Below, in pieces: positions 10,133-20,158 of a stretch of 64,000 nucleotides of DNA. A model generated the notes under the pieces. That model worked only from the letters and a program-made list of their open reading frames with translations. It had not been told where the DNA came from and searched no databases. Location of the stretch: positions 256,001 to 320,000 of the forward strand of contig JBHLOY010000001.1 in the NCBI GenBank assembly GCA_048939995.1, read 5' to 3'. The stretch comes from Promethearchaeota archaeon (GTDB taxonomy: Archaea; Asgardarchaeota; Lokiarchaeia; Sigyniarchaeales; SOKP01). The position numbers and the translations under genes were made by a program. Within the stretch, counting starts at the first letter, position 1; each line of letters begins with the position of its first letter.

Positions 10133-11104
10133 TCATTCTTCTATTAATTTATGAAGGAGTAACGGCATAGAATAGATATCATAATAATTATGTTCTATAA
10201 CTTTCTTAATTAATCCTCCATTTCTAAAAGGATCTTCTAGATACTTCTTATAAAAAAAACCTGCTAAAACTCCTGGAATATCAAGGTTTCTTTTTATATC
10301 TAATAGTTCCTTTTCCATGTTTGTGAGAGTAAATCCTTCAAAATCTTCTTTGAATTTCCTTCTACAGTTATGGTATAAATCAATATGATGAAATTTCGTA
10401 TTAAAGTCTTCATAGGGAGTATCTTGGTCTGTGATCATTGGATTGTTGTCAAAATAATAAAGAAATCGATTAGCAATATAAGGAATATCAAAACTCTTAC
10501 CATTATATGTCACAAAACACTTAAAATGAGGAATAATTTCATTCTTGAAATGCTCAAGTAGAGTAATTTCTTCAGAAAAATCTCGAGCAAATAGGATATG
10601 AATCTCAAAAGTTTGGTTTCTGAAAAATCCAATTCCTATTATTATGATTGGACTATTATATGTGCCCATTGTTTCTATATCAAGAAAAAGTAAATCCTCT
10701 AGCTCAAAACAAAAAGCTACATCTAGATCATTAATGTATCGATTCCCACATAAACGGAAATAATCTTTATTTTTAATAAGATTTAAGAGATTATTCACTG
10801 AATGCATATACTTAAAATTAATCTTCAAATCATATAATGATTTTACCCCTCGTCGTATCAGTTTTTGCTCGATTTTATCTCCAATATAGTAAACGGTTTT
10901 AAGGTTTTGCAGTAAATTGATCTTTAATTTATTGAGGTTAATATTACAAGCACATAGGGATTCATTCCATGTAAGTTCCATAAATTCGCCCATAGCATTT
11001 TTTGTAATCTTATAATTCTGAAATAAATCTTCTAATTTTGTTTCCTTACCTCCATTAATTAAAGGAGATATATCAAAACCTTCAAAATTATAATAAGAGT
11101 CCAT
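10133..11104 (-). CDS. YprB/RNase H-like (DEDD) 3'-5' exonuclease domain protein
   Basis: FLDIET, VTYNGKSFDIPY, HIDL, HN..DI motifs; N-terminal HhH-like VYYIGDK. Confidence 0.8.
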   Translation of the reverse strand: MDSYYNFEGFDISPLINGGKETKLEDLFQNYKITKNAMGEFMELTWNESLCACNINLNKLKINLLQNLKTVYYIGDKIEQKLIRRGVKSLYDLKINFKYMHSVNNLLNLIKNKDYFRLCGNRYINDLDVAFCFELEDLLFLDIETMGTYNSPIIIIGIGFFRNQTFEIHILFARDFSEEITLLEHFKNEIIPHFKCFVTYNGKSFDIPYIANRFLYYFDNNPMITDQDTPYEDFNTKFHHIDLYHNCRRKFKEDFEGFTLTNMEKELLDIKRNLDIPGVLAGFFYKKYLEDPFRNGGLIKKVIEHNYYDIYSMPLLLHKLIEE

Positions 11105-11306
11105 TATTTGTTCTAATTAATTAGGTTTATTTAAAAAGTAATTCTGTTGAGATTTATAGTAAAACTGAAAAGAGATAAAATTTAATATTTAGTTAATTTG
11201 ACTAGGATCATTAAGATGCGACCAAAAAGCTCTTATCCTATAGAATATATTAATAATATTCTTTATGAAGTGGAACAATGAAAAATTAAAAGAAAAGATG
11301 CTTGTG

Positions 11307-12599
11307 TTATTGCTTATATCTAAAAAGTCTTCTTGATTCGCTATCTTCTAGAACATAGTTCGATCCCCCTCCATGTACCATACAATAGGGGTCAAGAAGT
11401 CCGATTTCATTAGCATATTGCCTTGTAAAGCCACGTCCACCCATAGTTCTGAAACAATGTATAGAGGATTCAAACCCTAATTCCGTAGCGCTAACTTTAA
11501 GACCCATGGCATTTACTGCCATTAATTTTGAACTCGCTAATTCGGGATGCTCATCAAGTTGTCGTGCATAATTAAATAAAGCAGAAATGTGTAAGTTTAA
11601 TTCGCGAATTTTTTCCGAAATAGGATATCTTATAACCTGATATTGATGTAATCTTTTTTCGAATTGTACACGTTGTAAGGCATATGCATGAGAATATAAT
11701 AACTTTTTCATTGCGTCCCCTAACGCTTCAGCACTGATAACTAGTCTCTCTTCTGTAAGTTGATGAAAGGCTATATCCAAGCCATGTCCGTTTAAGAGGT
11801 TTTCTTTTGGAATTTCAGTTCCATCAAAGATTAAACGACTTACAAAAGCATCAGTCATTCCATAAGTACTGATTCTTGTGCTTTTAAAATTCTTCAATTC
11901 TTGATGTTCAGTATCAAGTACCACCGCCCCAAGTTCGCCATTATCCAATCTACCATATAAAATGATATAGTCTGCTATCATACCATTGGTGATAAATAAT
12001 TTTTTACCTTTTGCGATTATTTTATCATTTTCTTCATGTAAAGATAATTCCATTCTAAAGATATCTGATCCTGCATTGAATTCTGTCATTGCTGAGGCTC
12101 CAATTTGGCCATCTTTTGCAACAGGAACTAGAAAACTTTCATTTTGCCATTTGTTTGACGCATAATTAACGGGATTGCAATATAATGTACCTCCTGCTAA
12201 TCTTCCCATCTCAACGCTATAATTACCTGCAATATATTTTTCACTATGTTCGCTCCAACGCCCTCCACATAATGCATAAGCAATTAAAGCATTTCTTGTA
12301 ATTCGTCCCACTTCAAATTCTTCAGTATTTAAAATAGTTGAATAATAACCTTTTTCAGCTAGTTTCTTCATAATGCCTATAACAATCTCTTTTTTCTTAT
12401 CTTCTGTAGGTTGTTCTATGTAATAGTTTAATTCCTCTAATTTCCTTAAATCTTTATCAAGTCTATTTTCGAGGAACTCATAAAACTCTGCTAGAAATTC
12501 TTTTTCCTTATCGTTTAGAACTGGATTGTTCAATAAGTCTAGCTCAGGGACATATCTTTGAATTCTTATCTTTTCAAATTCACTGATTCTTGTATCCAT
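11307..12599 (-). CDS. Acyl-CoA dehydrogenase family protein (divergent)
   Basis: AMTEFNAGSD, KGKKLFITNG, R.QF, MGGRGF motifs. Confidence 0.85.
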   Translation of the reverse strand: MDTRISEFEKIRIQRYVPELDLLNNPVLNDKEKEFLAEFYEFLENRLDKDLRKLEELNYYIEQPTEDKKKEIVIGIMKKLAEKGYYSTILNTEEFEVGRITRNALIAYALCGGRWSEHSEKYIAGNYSVEMGRLAGGTLYCNPVNYASNKWQNESFLVPVAKDGQIGASAMTEFNAGSDIFRMELSLHEENDKIIAKGKKLFITNGMIADYIILYGRLDNGELGAVVLDTEHQELKNFKSTRISTYGMTDAFVSRLIFDGTEIPKENLLNGHGLDIAFHQLTEERLVISAEALGDAMKKLLYSHAYALQRVQFEKRLHQYQVIRYPISEKIRELNLHISALFNYARQLDEHPELASSKLMAVNAMGLKVSATELGFESSIHCFRTMGGRGFTRQYANEIGLLDPYCMVHGGGSNYVLEDSESRRLFRYKQ

Positions 12600-12763
12600 A
12601 AAAGATCATAAACATTTTTGTAATTTAAAATTAGAATGTTAATTATTAGAAATGTTTTAATCAAAATAAAACATAACAATAAAATATCAGATCTATTAAA
12701 AATATAACTACAAAAACCAAATGAAAGAAAATTAAAGAAAGAAATAATATAATGTGAAAAATA

Positions 12764-14185
12764 ATGATAAAATTTAGTGATAAACAATTAAAGATACCTA
12801 AATTGATGAGACCAGTATATCTGGCTACAGTAGGAATGTCTAAATTTGATAGAGCTTTTCCAGAGACTCGCACTGAAGAGCTTTGCGTTGATGCATTTAC
12901 TGCTGCTGCTGATTTTGTGAATATGACCCCTTCTGAATTAAAAAGTTATATTCATACATGTTATTATGGTCATTTTGCGGATCATTTTGGTGATCAACTC
13001 CTTGGAGAGGCTGTTATTCATGATAGATTAGGTTTAGATCCATTGGGAAATATTGGTGTAAAAACAGGTGGCGCAACTGGAGGATCAGCCATGTGGGAAG
13101 CTGTTAAGACAGTAGCCTCAGGGTATAGTGATTGTGCTCTAGCATTGGGGTGGGAGAGGATGGATGAAGTTCCTACGGATGAGGGAAATCATTTAATTTC
13201 ATGTGCTGCAGACAAGGATTGGGAAACTCCATTAGGTCATATTTATACTGGCTATTATGCTGTAATGGCTCAGAGGTATTGGAAAATATTTGGCAAAGAA
13301 GAACCTTCTTTTAGAGATACAATGGCAGAAATTGCAGTAAAAAATCGTGGATATGCTAGAATGAATCCTCATGCTCAAGGTCCTATGAAGATCACAATAG
13401 AAGATGTTAAAAATTCGCCCATAGTAGCTTATCCTCTAAGAGCTTTAGATTGCTGTTTAATGAGTGTAGGATCTGCATGTGGAATCGTTTGTGATGAGAA
13501 GACAGCTTATGAGATTACAGACAAACCGCTCAGAATTTATATTGCTGCCGGAAGTCACACACTAAGAGTGGCTGATCGAAGAAATATGAATATCCCATTA
13601 TTACCTAATGAAGAACCAGGTCAATATGACAATTTGGGTAAGCAATTTCCAGGAGGAGATCGATATCCTGGTTTCACGGGTTTTTTGGCTGCTCGTATGG
13701 CAGCCTATTATGCTTATAGAATGGCTGGTGTGATGGATCCAACAGATGATTTAGATATTGTTGAATTGCATGATGCATTTACAATCAGTGATATTCAAAC
13801 CTATGAAGATATAGGAATACGACCATATGGTCATGGGCGCGAATATATTGAATCTGGTGATGCTTATGTTATTAATCCAAAAACCAATAAGCCTGGAAAA
13901 TTACCTAGCAATCCATGTGGGGGCCTAATAGGTTGCATGCACGCTGTAGGAGCTACTGGATTAATGCAAATAGCTGAAATCGGTTATCATATATGGAATA
14001 GATGGGATGAAATTCATGAACCAAAAGAAAAATGGAAAGCATTTGATCGTGAAAAGCCAGAAGATTGGACGAGTTTACAAGTCAAAGGTGCTAAGCGTGG
14101 ATTAGCTATAAGTCATGCAGGTGTAGGCTCTCATGTAACTTGTACTATTTTAATGGATCCAAATCATTTAATTAAGGAGGATTGA
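12764..14185 (+). CDS. Thiolase-fold protein (SCP-x/archaeal type) lacking the nucleophilic Cys
   Basis: VELHDAF, NPCGGL..MHAVGATG; the CASG site reads TGGATGG. Confidence 0.85.
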   Translation: MIKFSDKQLKIPKLMRPVYLATVGMSKFDRAFPETRTEELCVDAFTAAADFVNMTPSELKSYIHTCYYGHFADHFGDQLLGEAVIHDRLGLDPLGNIGVKTGGATGGSAMWEAVKTVASGYSDCALALGWERMDEVPTDEGNHLISCAADKDWETPLGHIYTGYYAVMAQRYWKIFGKEEPSFRDTMAEIAVKNRGYARMNPHAQGPMKITIEDVKNSPIVAYPLRALDCCLMSVGSACGIVCDEKTAYEITDKPLRIYIAAGSHTLRVADRRNMNIPLLPNEEPGQYDNLGKQFPGGDRYPGFTGFLAARMAAYYAYRMAGVMDPTDDLDIVELHDAFTISDIQTYEDIGIRPYGHGREYIESGDAYVINPKTNKPGKLPSNPCGGLIGCMHAVGATGLMQIAEIGYHIWNRWDEIHEPKEKWKAFDREKPEDWTSLQVKGAKRGLAISHAGVGSHVTCTILMDPNHLIKED

Positions 14186-14189
14186 AAAG

Positions 14190-14792
14190 ATGCCTAAACT
14201 AGAAGATGAAAAGGGATTTGTTAAAATTGTGAAAGGAAAGTATAAACCTCGAGGGAAATTTCATAATATCGAAAAAAATCAACCAATTTATAATGAAGAT
14301 ACAGGAATGTTAGCAGGAGTTACAAATCCAAGAGATATGACCTATATTCATTCATATGGTGGAGAAAGTATCTTTTTTGAATCATTGGGGAAAGGAAAAT
14401 TAATGGCAACCCGTTGTGATAATGATAAATGCGAGTCAAAGGGATCCATCTTTGAACCTTTTAGAATCTACTGTCCTGATTGCTTGAGAAAAGCTACTGT
14501 TGTTGACATTACCCAAAAAGCTCAAGATTCTGCTAAGATTCATTCATTTATTATCACCCATCGTTCAGGAGCTTTTAATACACTTCCTAAACCAATAAAG
14601 TTCATAAACGTTGAGTTTGATGAAGAAGTAGTAACAATTCTTATGAGTGTATTAGTTGTAGGAGAGCCTGAAATTGGAGAAAGAGTCGTACCAATTTTCC
14701 GAACCAAAAGCCCAACTTATACAATTATGGATTTAATGTTTGTTATTAAAGGTACATCTGAGGCAGAGTTACCAGAAGGATTTACTTTCTAG
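14190..14792 (+). CDS. DUF35 Zn-ribbon/OB-fold acyl-CoA-binding protein
   Basis: FFESL..GKLMATRC...C...YCPDC, OB-fold ending IGERVVPIF; 4 nt after the thiolase. Confidence 0.85.
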   Translation: MPKLEDEKGFVKIVKGKYKPRGKFHNIEKNQPIYNEDTGMLAGVTNPRDMTYIHSYGGESIFFESLGKGKLMATRCDNDKCESKGSIFEPFRIYCPDCLRKATVVDITQKAQDSAKIHSFIITHRSGAFNTLPKPIKFINVEFDEEVVTILMSVLVVGEPEIGERVVPIFRTKSPTYTIMDLMFVIKGTSEAELPEGFTF

Positions 14793-14942
14793 TAAAAAGA
14801 ACTAAACTTTAATTAAAAATTTAATTTAATTTTTCTATTTTCTAATCGTAGAATATTTGTATCTAAAAGATTTTAAGTGATAAAATAGATTATAATTTAT
14901 TTTTTAATAAAATCCAATCCAATTAATTAGAAGTAGATAAAA

Positions 14943-16013
14943 GTGAGTATAAAATTTGGGATTCAACATGGTGCTAATGTTGGAGAATTAGAGTTAAAAA
15001 CTAAGGATTACATTAAATCAATAAATTATGTTGAAAAAGCGGGATACGACTCTATTTTTATTTGGGATCATTTAAATGCGACTAATACTAAAGAAGTTCC
15101 AAGTTGTAGTGTTTTATTAACTGTCACTTCTTTAGAAACAGAGAAAGTAAGGATAGGATCATGTGTTTGTGATTCATATAGGAGACATCCTTCTCAAATA
15201 GCTTTAGATTCACTAACGCTACAAAAAATATCAAATGATAGGTTTATTTTAGGTCTAGGCGCTGGAGAAGTTATGAATTTAAACAATTTCGGAATAAATT
15301 GGAATAAACCAGCTCTAAGATTGAAAGAATCTGTAGAAGTCATAAAGAAATTATGGAGTACAACTCAATCAGAAAATGCAGTTAATTATTCTGGCAGGTT
15401 TTTTAGTTTAGACAATGCTCGTTTACAATACTCAGTGAATCAACTACCTGAGCTTTGGTTAGCTGCAAATGGACCACGATTGATTGAATTTACGGGAAAA
15501 ATTGCTGATGGATGGATTCCTTCTGCTCATAATGCTAAACTATATAAAAAGAACTTGAAAATTTTAGGAAAGGGAGGGAGATTAGATGAAATTGAGAAAG
15601 CTTGTGAAGTTTTTGTAGTAATTAGTAAGGATAATCCCGAATTAGCACGACAGATGGCTCGATTGGGAGGCGCATCAATAAGTGTGAATCCATATATTCT
15701 TGAAGATTTGAATATAAAAATCCCTGATAACATTCCTCATGGTCGTTATTACAAGGAAACAATAAGAGAATTAGAAAGTGAGGAAAAAGCAAAAGAGATT
15801 TCTGAGTTTGCTAAAGAATACATACCTCAAGATGTTATTGATTCAATGATTATCTCTGGAAGCCCAGAAGAATGCATTGAACAAATTGATGAGTATATCA
15901 ATGCTGGCGTAGAACATTTTTTAATTGAAGTTTGGGGGTTAGGGAAATATTTTCAGGCGTTAGAGTTATTTACTGATACTGTATTTAGTTATTTTAAAGA
16001 ACTTTACGATTGA
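14943..16013 (+). CDS. LLM-class (luciferase-like, probably F420-dependent) oxidoreductase
   Basis: GYDSIFIWDH, RHP..A, RFILGLGAGE, GKIADGW, GSPEEC. Confidence 0.85.
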   Translation: MSIKFGIQHGANVGELELKTKDYIKSINYVEKAGYDSIFIWDHLNATNTKEVPSCSVLLTVTSLETEKVRIGSCVCDSYRRHPSQIALDSLTLQKISNDRFILGLGAGEVMNLNNFGINWNKPALRLKESVEVIKKLWSTTQSENAVNYSGRFFSLDNARLQYSVNQLPELWLAANGPRLIEFTGKIADGWIPSAHNAKLYKKNLKILGKGGRLDEIEKACEVFVVISKDNPELARQMARLGGASISVNPYILEDLNIKIPDNIPHGRYYKETIRELESEEKAKEISEFAKEYIPQDVIDSMIISGSPEECIEQIDEYINAGVEHFLIEVWGLGKYFQALELFTDTVFSYFKELYD

Positions 16014-16087
16014 ATTCGAAGTTAGATTTATTTTAAGGCTTTCAAAATCATTCTTTTTCAATTTTGTAATCTAAATAGCTTAATTCT

Positions 16088-16105
16088 AAAGAAACCTTTA
16101 TATTT
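16088..16105 (+). promoter_or_regulatory. Putative BRE-TATA promoter for the BKACE gene
   Basis: aaagaaacctttatattt: purine-rich BRE followed by TTTATA, about 85 nt upstream of ATG 16186. Confidence 0.35.
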
Positions 16106-16185
16106 TTTAAATCCGATAAATTATAAACCCTATATATTGAAATAAGATTAATTATAAAATAAAATTAAAATAGAGTGATAAAAAA

Positions 16186-17157
16186 ATGTCTAATGTATTG
16201 ACATCATGGCGTGATAAGTGTATAATTACTTGTGCTCTTACGGGCTCAGCTACAATACCATCTCAAACACCTTATTTACCAATAACTCCTGAAGAGATCG
16301 CTGAAGAAGCTAAAAAAGCATGTGATGCAGGTGCAGCTGTTGTTCATGTTCATGTTAGAGACCCTAAAACTGCTATGCCATCTTCGGATTTGGGGATTTG
16401 GAGAGAGACTCTCGAGAAAATTAAATCTAAAACTAATGTGATAGTTTGTTGCACAACTGGAGGAGGTGCTGGAATGACGGCAGAAGAAAGAATTTCTGTA
16501 GTGCCAGAATTTAAACCAGAGATGTGTTCATTTAATTGTGAATCCATGAATTTTTCAATTTTTCCATTATTGGAAAGAATTCAAGAGTGGAAGTATCCTT
16601 GGGAAAAAGCACTTGTAACTATGAGTAAAGGATTAGTTTTTCAGAATAGTTTTGTAGATTTAGAGAAATTTGTTAAAACCATGTATGAAAATAATGTTAA
16701 ACCTGAACTTGAAATTTACAGCACCAGTGGTCTCTGGAATGCGGGGGCTATGGTTAGATTTGGATGGTTAAAACTTCCTCTTCATATGCAATTTGTATTA
16801 GGAGTATTAGGTGGAACAGGAAACACTCCCTGGGAATTGATGCATTTACATACTGAAGCTTTTAGACTTCTTGGAGAGAGAAATTTCACTTGGTCCGTGA
16901 TTGGGCTAGGATATCCGAGAGAGTTTCATTTAGGAGCAATTTCAGCAACAATGGGTGGCCATATAAGAGTTGGTTTAGAAGATAATATCTCTTTAGGATA
17001 TGATGTTGAAAAGAAGGAACGAATATTGGCGAAAAGTAATGCTGAATTAGTTGAAAAAATGGTAAGAATAGTTAATGACTTGGGGCGTGAAGTAGCTACT
17101 CCTGATGAAGCAAGAAAAATGCTCAAACTTAAAGGTCTTGATAAAGTTAACTATTAA
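16186..17157 (+). CDS. Beta-keto acid cleavage enzyme (BKACE/DUF849; 3-keto-5-aminohexanoate cleavage family)
   Basis: IITCALTG, P.TPEEIA, VHVHVRD Zn motif, KPELE, GGHIRVGLEDN, ATPDEAR. Confidence 0.92.
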   Translation: MSNVLTSWRDKCIITCALTGSATIPSQTPYLPITPEEIAEEAKKACDAGAAVVHVHVRDPKTAMPSSDLGIWRETLEKIKSKTNVIVCCTTGGGAGMTAEERISVVPEFKPEMCSFNCESMNFSIFPLLERIQEWKYPWEKALVTMSKGLVFQNSFVDLEKFVKTMYENNVKPELEIYSTSGLWNAGAMVRFGWLKLPLHMQFVLGVLGGTGNTPWELMHLHTEAFRLLGERNFTWSVIGLGYPREFHLGAISATMGGHIRVGLEDNISLGYDVEKKERILAKSNAELVEKMVRIVNDLGREVATPDEARKMLKLKGLDKVNY

Positions 17158-17337
17158 AATTAGGAGATTTTTTCTTTTTTTTATTTTAAACAAAACTGTT
17201 AAAGATCTTGCCAGAAAGTTAAATCATCACAGATTTATCATATTCTATTTATCTAATTAAAAATTATTAATATAAGATTCTATCAATAATATATTAATTT
17301 CAATTTAAATGACTAAAAAGTAATTAGGTAAGTCAAG

Positions 17338-18480
17338 ATGGATAAAGTTGCGATAGTAGGAGTTGCTCAAACTAAATATGAAGCAGAGAAGATAGATCAA
17401 ACATATATGGAGCTTGTCTTTGAAGTTGTAAAGAAATTATATAATGATCTAGGAATAATTAATGATGATGTTGGGTCTGTTATAACAAGTTCAAACGATT
17501 TTAATGATGGTAGAACTATTGCTAATATGGGAATTCAAGATGCTGTAGGATCAATTGGAAAATCAGAATCTAGAGTCTCTGGTGATGGTGCTTTTGCGTA
17601 TGTTTATGCTGCAATGAGAATACTATCTAGAGAATATGACACTGTAATGGTTGTTTCTCATTGTAAGTGTTCTGAAGTGAATCAGTATCTTGTAAATAAT
17701 ACTATTTTTGATCCATATTATCAAAGACATTTAGGTTTAGATCAAATCTCTTCTGCTGGCTTAATGGCAAATATGTATATGACAAAATATGGCATAACTA
17801 AAGAACAGGCAGCCAAAGTGGTAGTAAAGAACAGAAAAAATGCTCTAAATAATCCTTATGCTCACTTACAGAAAGAAGTATCCCGTGAGGAAGTCCTCAA
17901 TTCACCAATGATGGCTTATCCCTTAAAAAAATTAGAATTTCCACCTTTTTCAGATGGTGCAGTTGCAATGTTGTTAACTAATGAGAAAATAGCAAGAAAG
18001 TTCACAGATACTCCTGTATGGTTAAAAGGATATGGAAATTGTACTGATGCATATTATCTAGGACATCGTAATATGACAGACTTGATTGGACTTGAATTAG
18101 CTGCAAAAGAAGCATATAAAATGGCAGATATTAAAAATCCTGTGGAAGAATTAGATGTTGCTGAAGTTTATGATGCTTTTTCGGTTCATGAATTGATGAG
18201 TTATGAAGCTTTGGGTTTCTGTAACAAGGGAAAGGGTGGTGAATTTATGGATAGTGGTCAATCTTATATGAATGGAAATATACCAGTAAATCCCTCAGGA
18301 GGTGTGCTTTCAAGTAATCCAACAATGGCAAATGGTCTGATTCGCGTAGCAGAAATTGCTCTCCAATTAATGGGTAAAGCTGATAAGAGACAGATTAATG
18401 GTGCTAAAATAGGTTTAGCAAATGGCATGAATGGAATATGTTCCCAAGGAAATTGCGTTTTAATTTTTGGAGGTGAATAA
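17338..18480 (+). CDS. Thiolase-fold protein, Ltp4-like (no catalytic Cys)
   Basis: SSNDFNDGR, SRVSGDGAFA, EVYDAF, VNPSGG..SSNP.MANGL. Confidence 0.8.
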   Translation: MDKVAIVGVAQTKYEAEKIDQTYMELVFEVVKKLYNDLGIINDDVGSVITSSNDFNDGRTIANMGIQDAVGSIGKSESRVSGDGAFAYVYAAMRILSREYDTVMVVSHCKCSEVNQYLVNNTIFDPYYQRHLGLDQISSAGLMANMYMTKYGITKEQAAKVVVKNRKNALNNPYAHLQKEVSREEVLNSPMMAYPLKKLEFPPFSDGAVAMLLTNEKIARKFTDTPVWLKGYGNCTDAYYLGHRNMTDLIGLELAAKEAYKMADIKNPVEELDVAEVYDAFSVHELMSYEALGFCNKGKGGEFMDSGQSYMNGNIPVNPSGGVLSSNPTMANGLIRVAEIALQLMGKADKRQINGAKIGLANGMNGICSQGNCVLIFGGE

Positions 18481-18484
18481 GAGA

Positions 18485-19651
18485 ATGGCTAAAAATGATG
18501 TGGCTATTGTTGGGATAGGGCAAACAAAATTTAGAAGTAAACGGAGAGATGTAAATATTCCTGAAATGATCTATGAAGCCACAAAAATGGCTTTGGATGA
18601 TGCTCAACTTGAACCTAAAGATATTGACGCCATAATTATTGGCAATATGGACCATTTTGAAGGAGTTAATTTCTCAGAAATGTGGTGTGGAATTGATGCA
18701 GCACCAGGTTATTTAAAGCCAGTTGTTAAAGTTGCAACAGGTGGTACAACTGGAAGTTCATTAGCAATTTGCGGATATTATAATGTTGCTTCAGGAATTT
18801 ATGATAAAGTACTGGTTATTGGGTGGGAAAAATTAAATGAAGGAGGAGCAACAACAGGGATCATTACCGCTTTTGATCCCGTTTGGGAAAGACCATCATT
18901 AGCAGGAGCTTTAGGTCCTTTGGCTCTTATGGCAAGTACCTACGCAGCAAAATACGGAATAACACCAGAACAAGCTGCAAAAGTAACAGTTAAAAATAGA
19001 AGTAATGCAGCAAACAATCCATTTGCTCATCTACAAATGCCTAATATCACTGTAGATTATGTAATGAGCTCTCAATTGATATCTCCTCCTTTAAGACTGC
19101 ATGATTGCTGCCCTCAGAGTGAAGGTGCTTGCGCAATTATTTATGCTAATAAGGAAGAAACGAAGAAGATAAGAGACAACCCCGCGTGGGTTCATTCAGT
19201 TGCAACAGCTCATTATTATACTTATGGAACCGATACATTAATGTACGATTTGCCTTCAGCAACCATAGCTGCAAAAGTGGCTTATAAAAAGGCTGGGATT
19301 AAAGATCCCGTTAAAGATTTAGACGTTGCTGAAATTTATGAACCTACTTCTTGGAGCGAGTTAGCATGGACAGAAGGTCTACTTTTCTGTGAAAAGGGAG
19401 AGGGTGGGAAAATACTAGATGAAGGAATTACTCAAATGAGCGGTGAATTACCTGTTAATCCATCAGGTGGCGTTTTAAGTACTAATCCCATTGGGGCCAC
19501 AGCTTTAGTACGAGTAGCAGAAGCAGCAACCCAAGTAATGGGTAGAGGTGAAAAGAGACAAGTCCCAGAAGTAGAGAAAGCTCTTTCTATGGGATTTGGA
19601 GGAAGTTTATGGACTGAATTATTAATATTAGGTAAAGAACCAATGAGGTGA
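18485..19651 (+). CDS. Thiolase-fold protein, Ltp3-like (no catalytic Cys)
   Basis: DHFEGV, KVATGGTTGSS, EIYEPTSW, VNPSGGVLSTNPIGATA; ATG 18485 follows a GGAGGTGA SD. Confidence 0.8.
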   Translation: MAKNDVAIVGIGQTKFRSKRRDVNIPEMIYEATKMALDDAQLEPKDIDAIIIGNMDHFEGVNFSEMWCGIDAAPGYLKPVVKVATGGTTGSSLAICGYYNVASGIYDKVLVIGWEKLNEGGATTGIITAFDPVWERPSLAGALGPLALMASTYAAKYGITPEQAAKVTVKNRSNAANNPFAHLQMPNITVDYVMSSQLISPPLRLHDCCPQSEGACAIIYANKEETKKIRDNPAWVHSVATAHYYTYGTDTLMYDLPSATIAAKVAYKKAGIKDPVKDLDVAEIYEPTSWSELAWTEGLLFCEKGEGGKILDEGITQMSGELPVNPSGGVLSTNPIGATALVRVAEAATQVMGRGEKRQVPEVEKALSMGFGGSLWTELLILGKEPMR

Positions 19652-19656
19652 ACTTA

Positions 19657-20145
19657 ATGAGTAAAAAGAAAAACCAAGAAAAAGTATTTGAGATAAAATG
19701 GAAAACAGATCTACCATATCGATATTCAATTGGAAAACTCGCTGTCAAGTTTTTTGAAGAACTAAAAATGAATAAGAAAATTTTAGGTAGTAAGTGTTCA
19801 AAATGCGGTAAGGTTCACTTTCCTCCAAGAGCCGTATGCGCAGATTGTTTAGTTGAGATGACTATTAAAGATATGGTGGAATTGTCCACAAGAGGTACTT
19901 TAGCAGGGTTTACAGTTGTAAATTATCCTTTTATTGACCCCAATACAGGTGGTATGCGCCCATTTCCTTATGGTTATGCTATATTCAAGTTAGATGGGGC
20001 AGATACATATACTATGCATTTCTTGGATGAAACCGATCATACCAAAATGCGTGTTGGCCAGCGAGTTGAGGCTGTATTCAAAGAGGAAAGAGAAGGAAAT
20101 ATCGGTGATATTCCATACTTTAGAATTATAAAGGAGGAAAAATAA
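19657..20145 (+). CDS. DUF35 Zn-ribbon/OB-fold protein
   Basis: KCSKCG..FPPRAVCADC, LDGADT, VGQRVEAVF; GAGGTGA SD before ATG 19657. Confidence 0.9.
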   Translation: MSKKKNQEKVFEIKWKTDLPYRYSIGKLAVKFFEELKMNKKILGSKCSKCGKVHFPPRAVCADCLVEMTIKDMVELSTRGTLAGFTVVNYPFIDPNTGGMRPFPYGYAIFKLDGADTYTMHFLDETDHTKMRVGQRVEAVFKEEREGNIGDIPYFRIIKEEK

Positions 20146-20158
20146 CGAGGTGAATCTA

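Noticed and set aside
11216-11281. 21-codon ORF MRPKSSYPIEYINNILYEVEQ ending in TGA, considered as a possible selenoprotein or microprotein
   Set aside because: Very short, no recognisable motif, and no SECIS-like hairpin seen
12566-12873. Two hydrophobic minus-strand ORFs
   Set aside because: Products of an AT-rich divergent promoter region that overlap real genes
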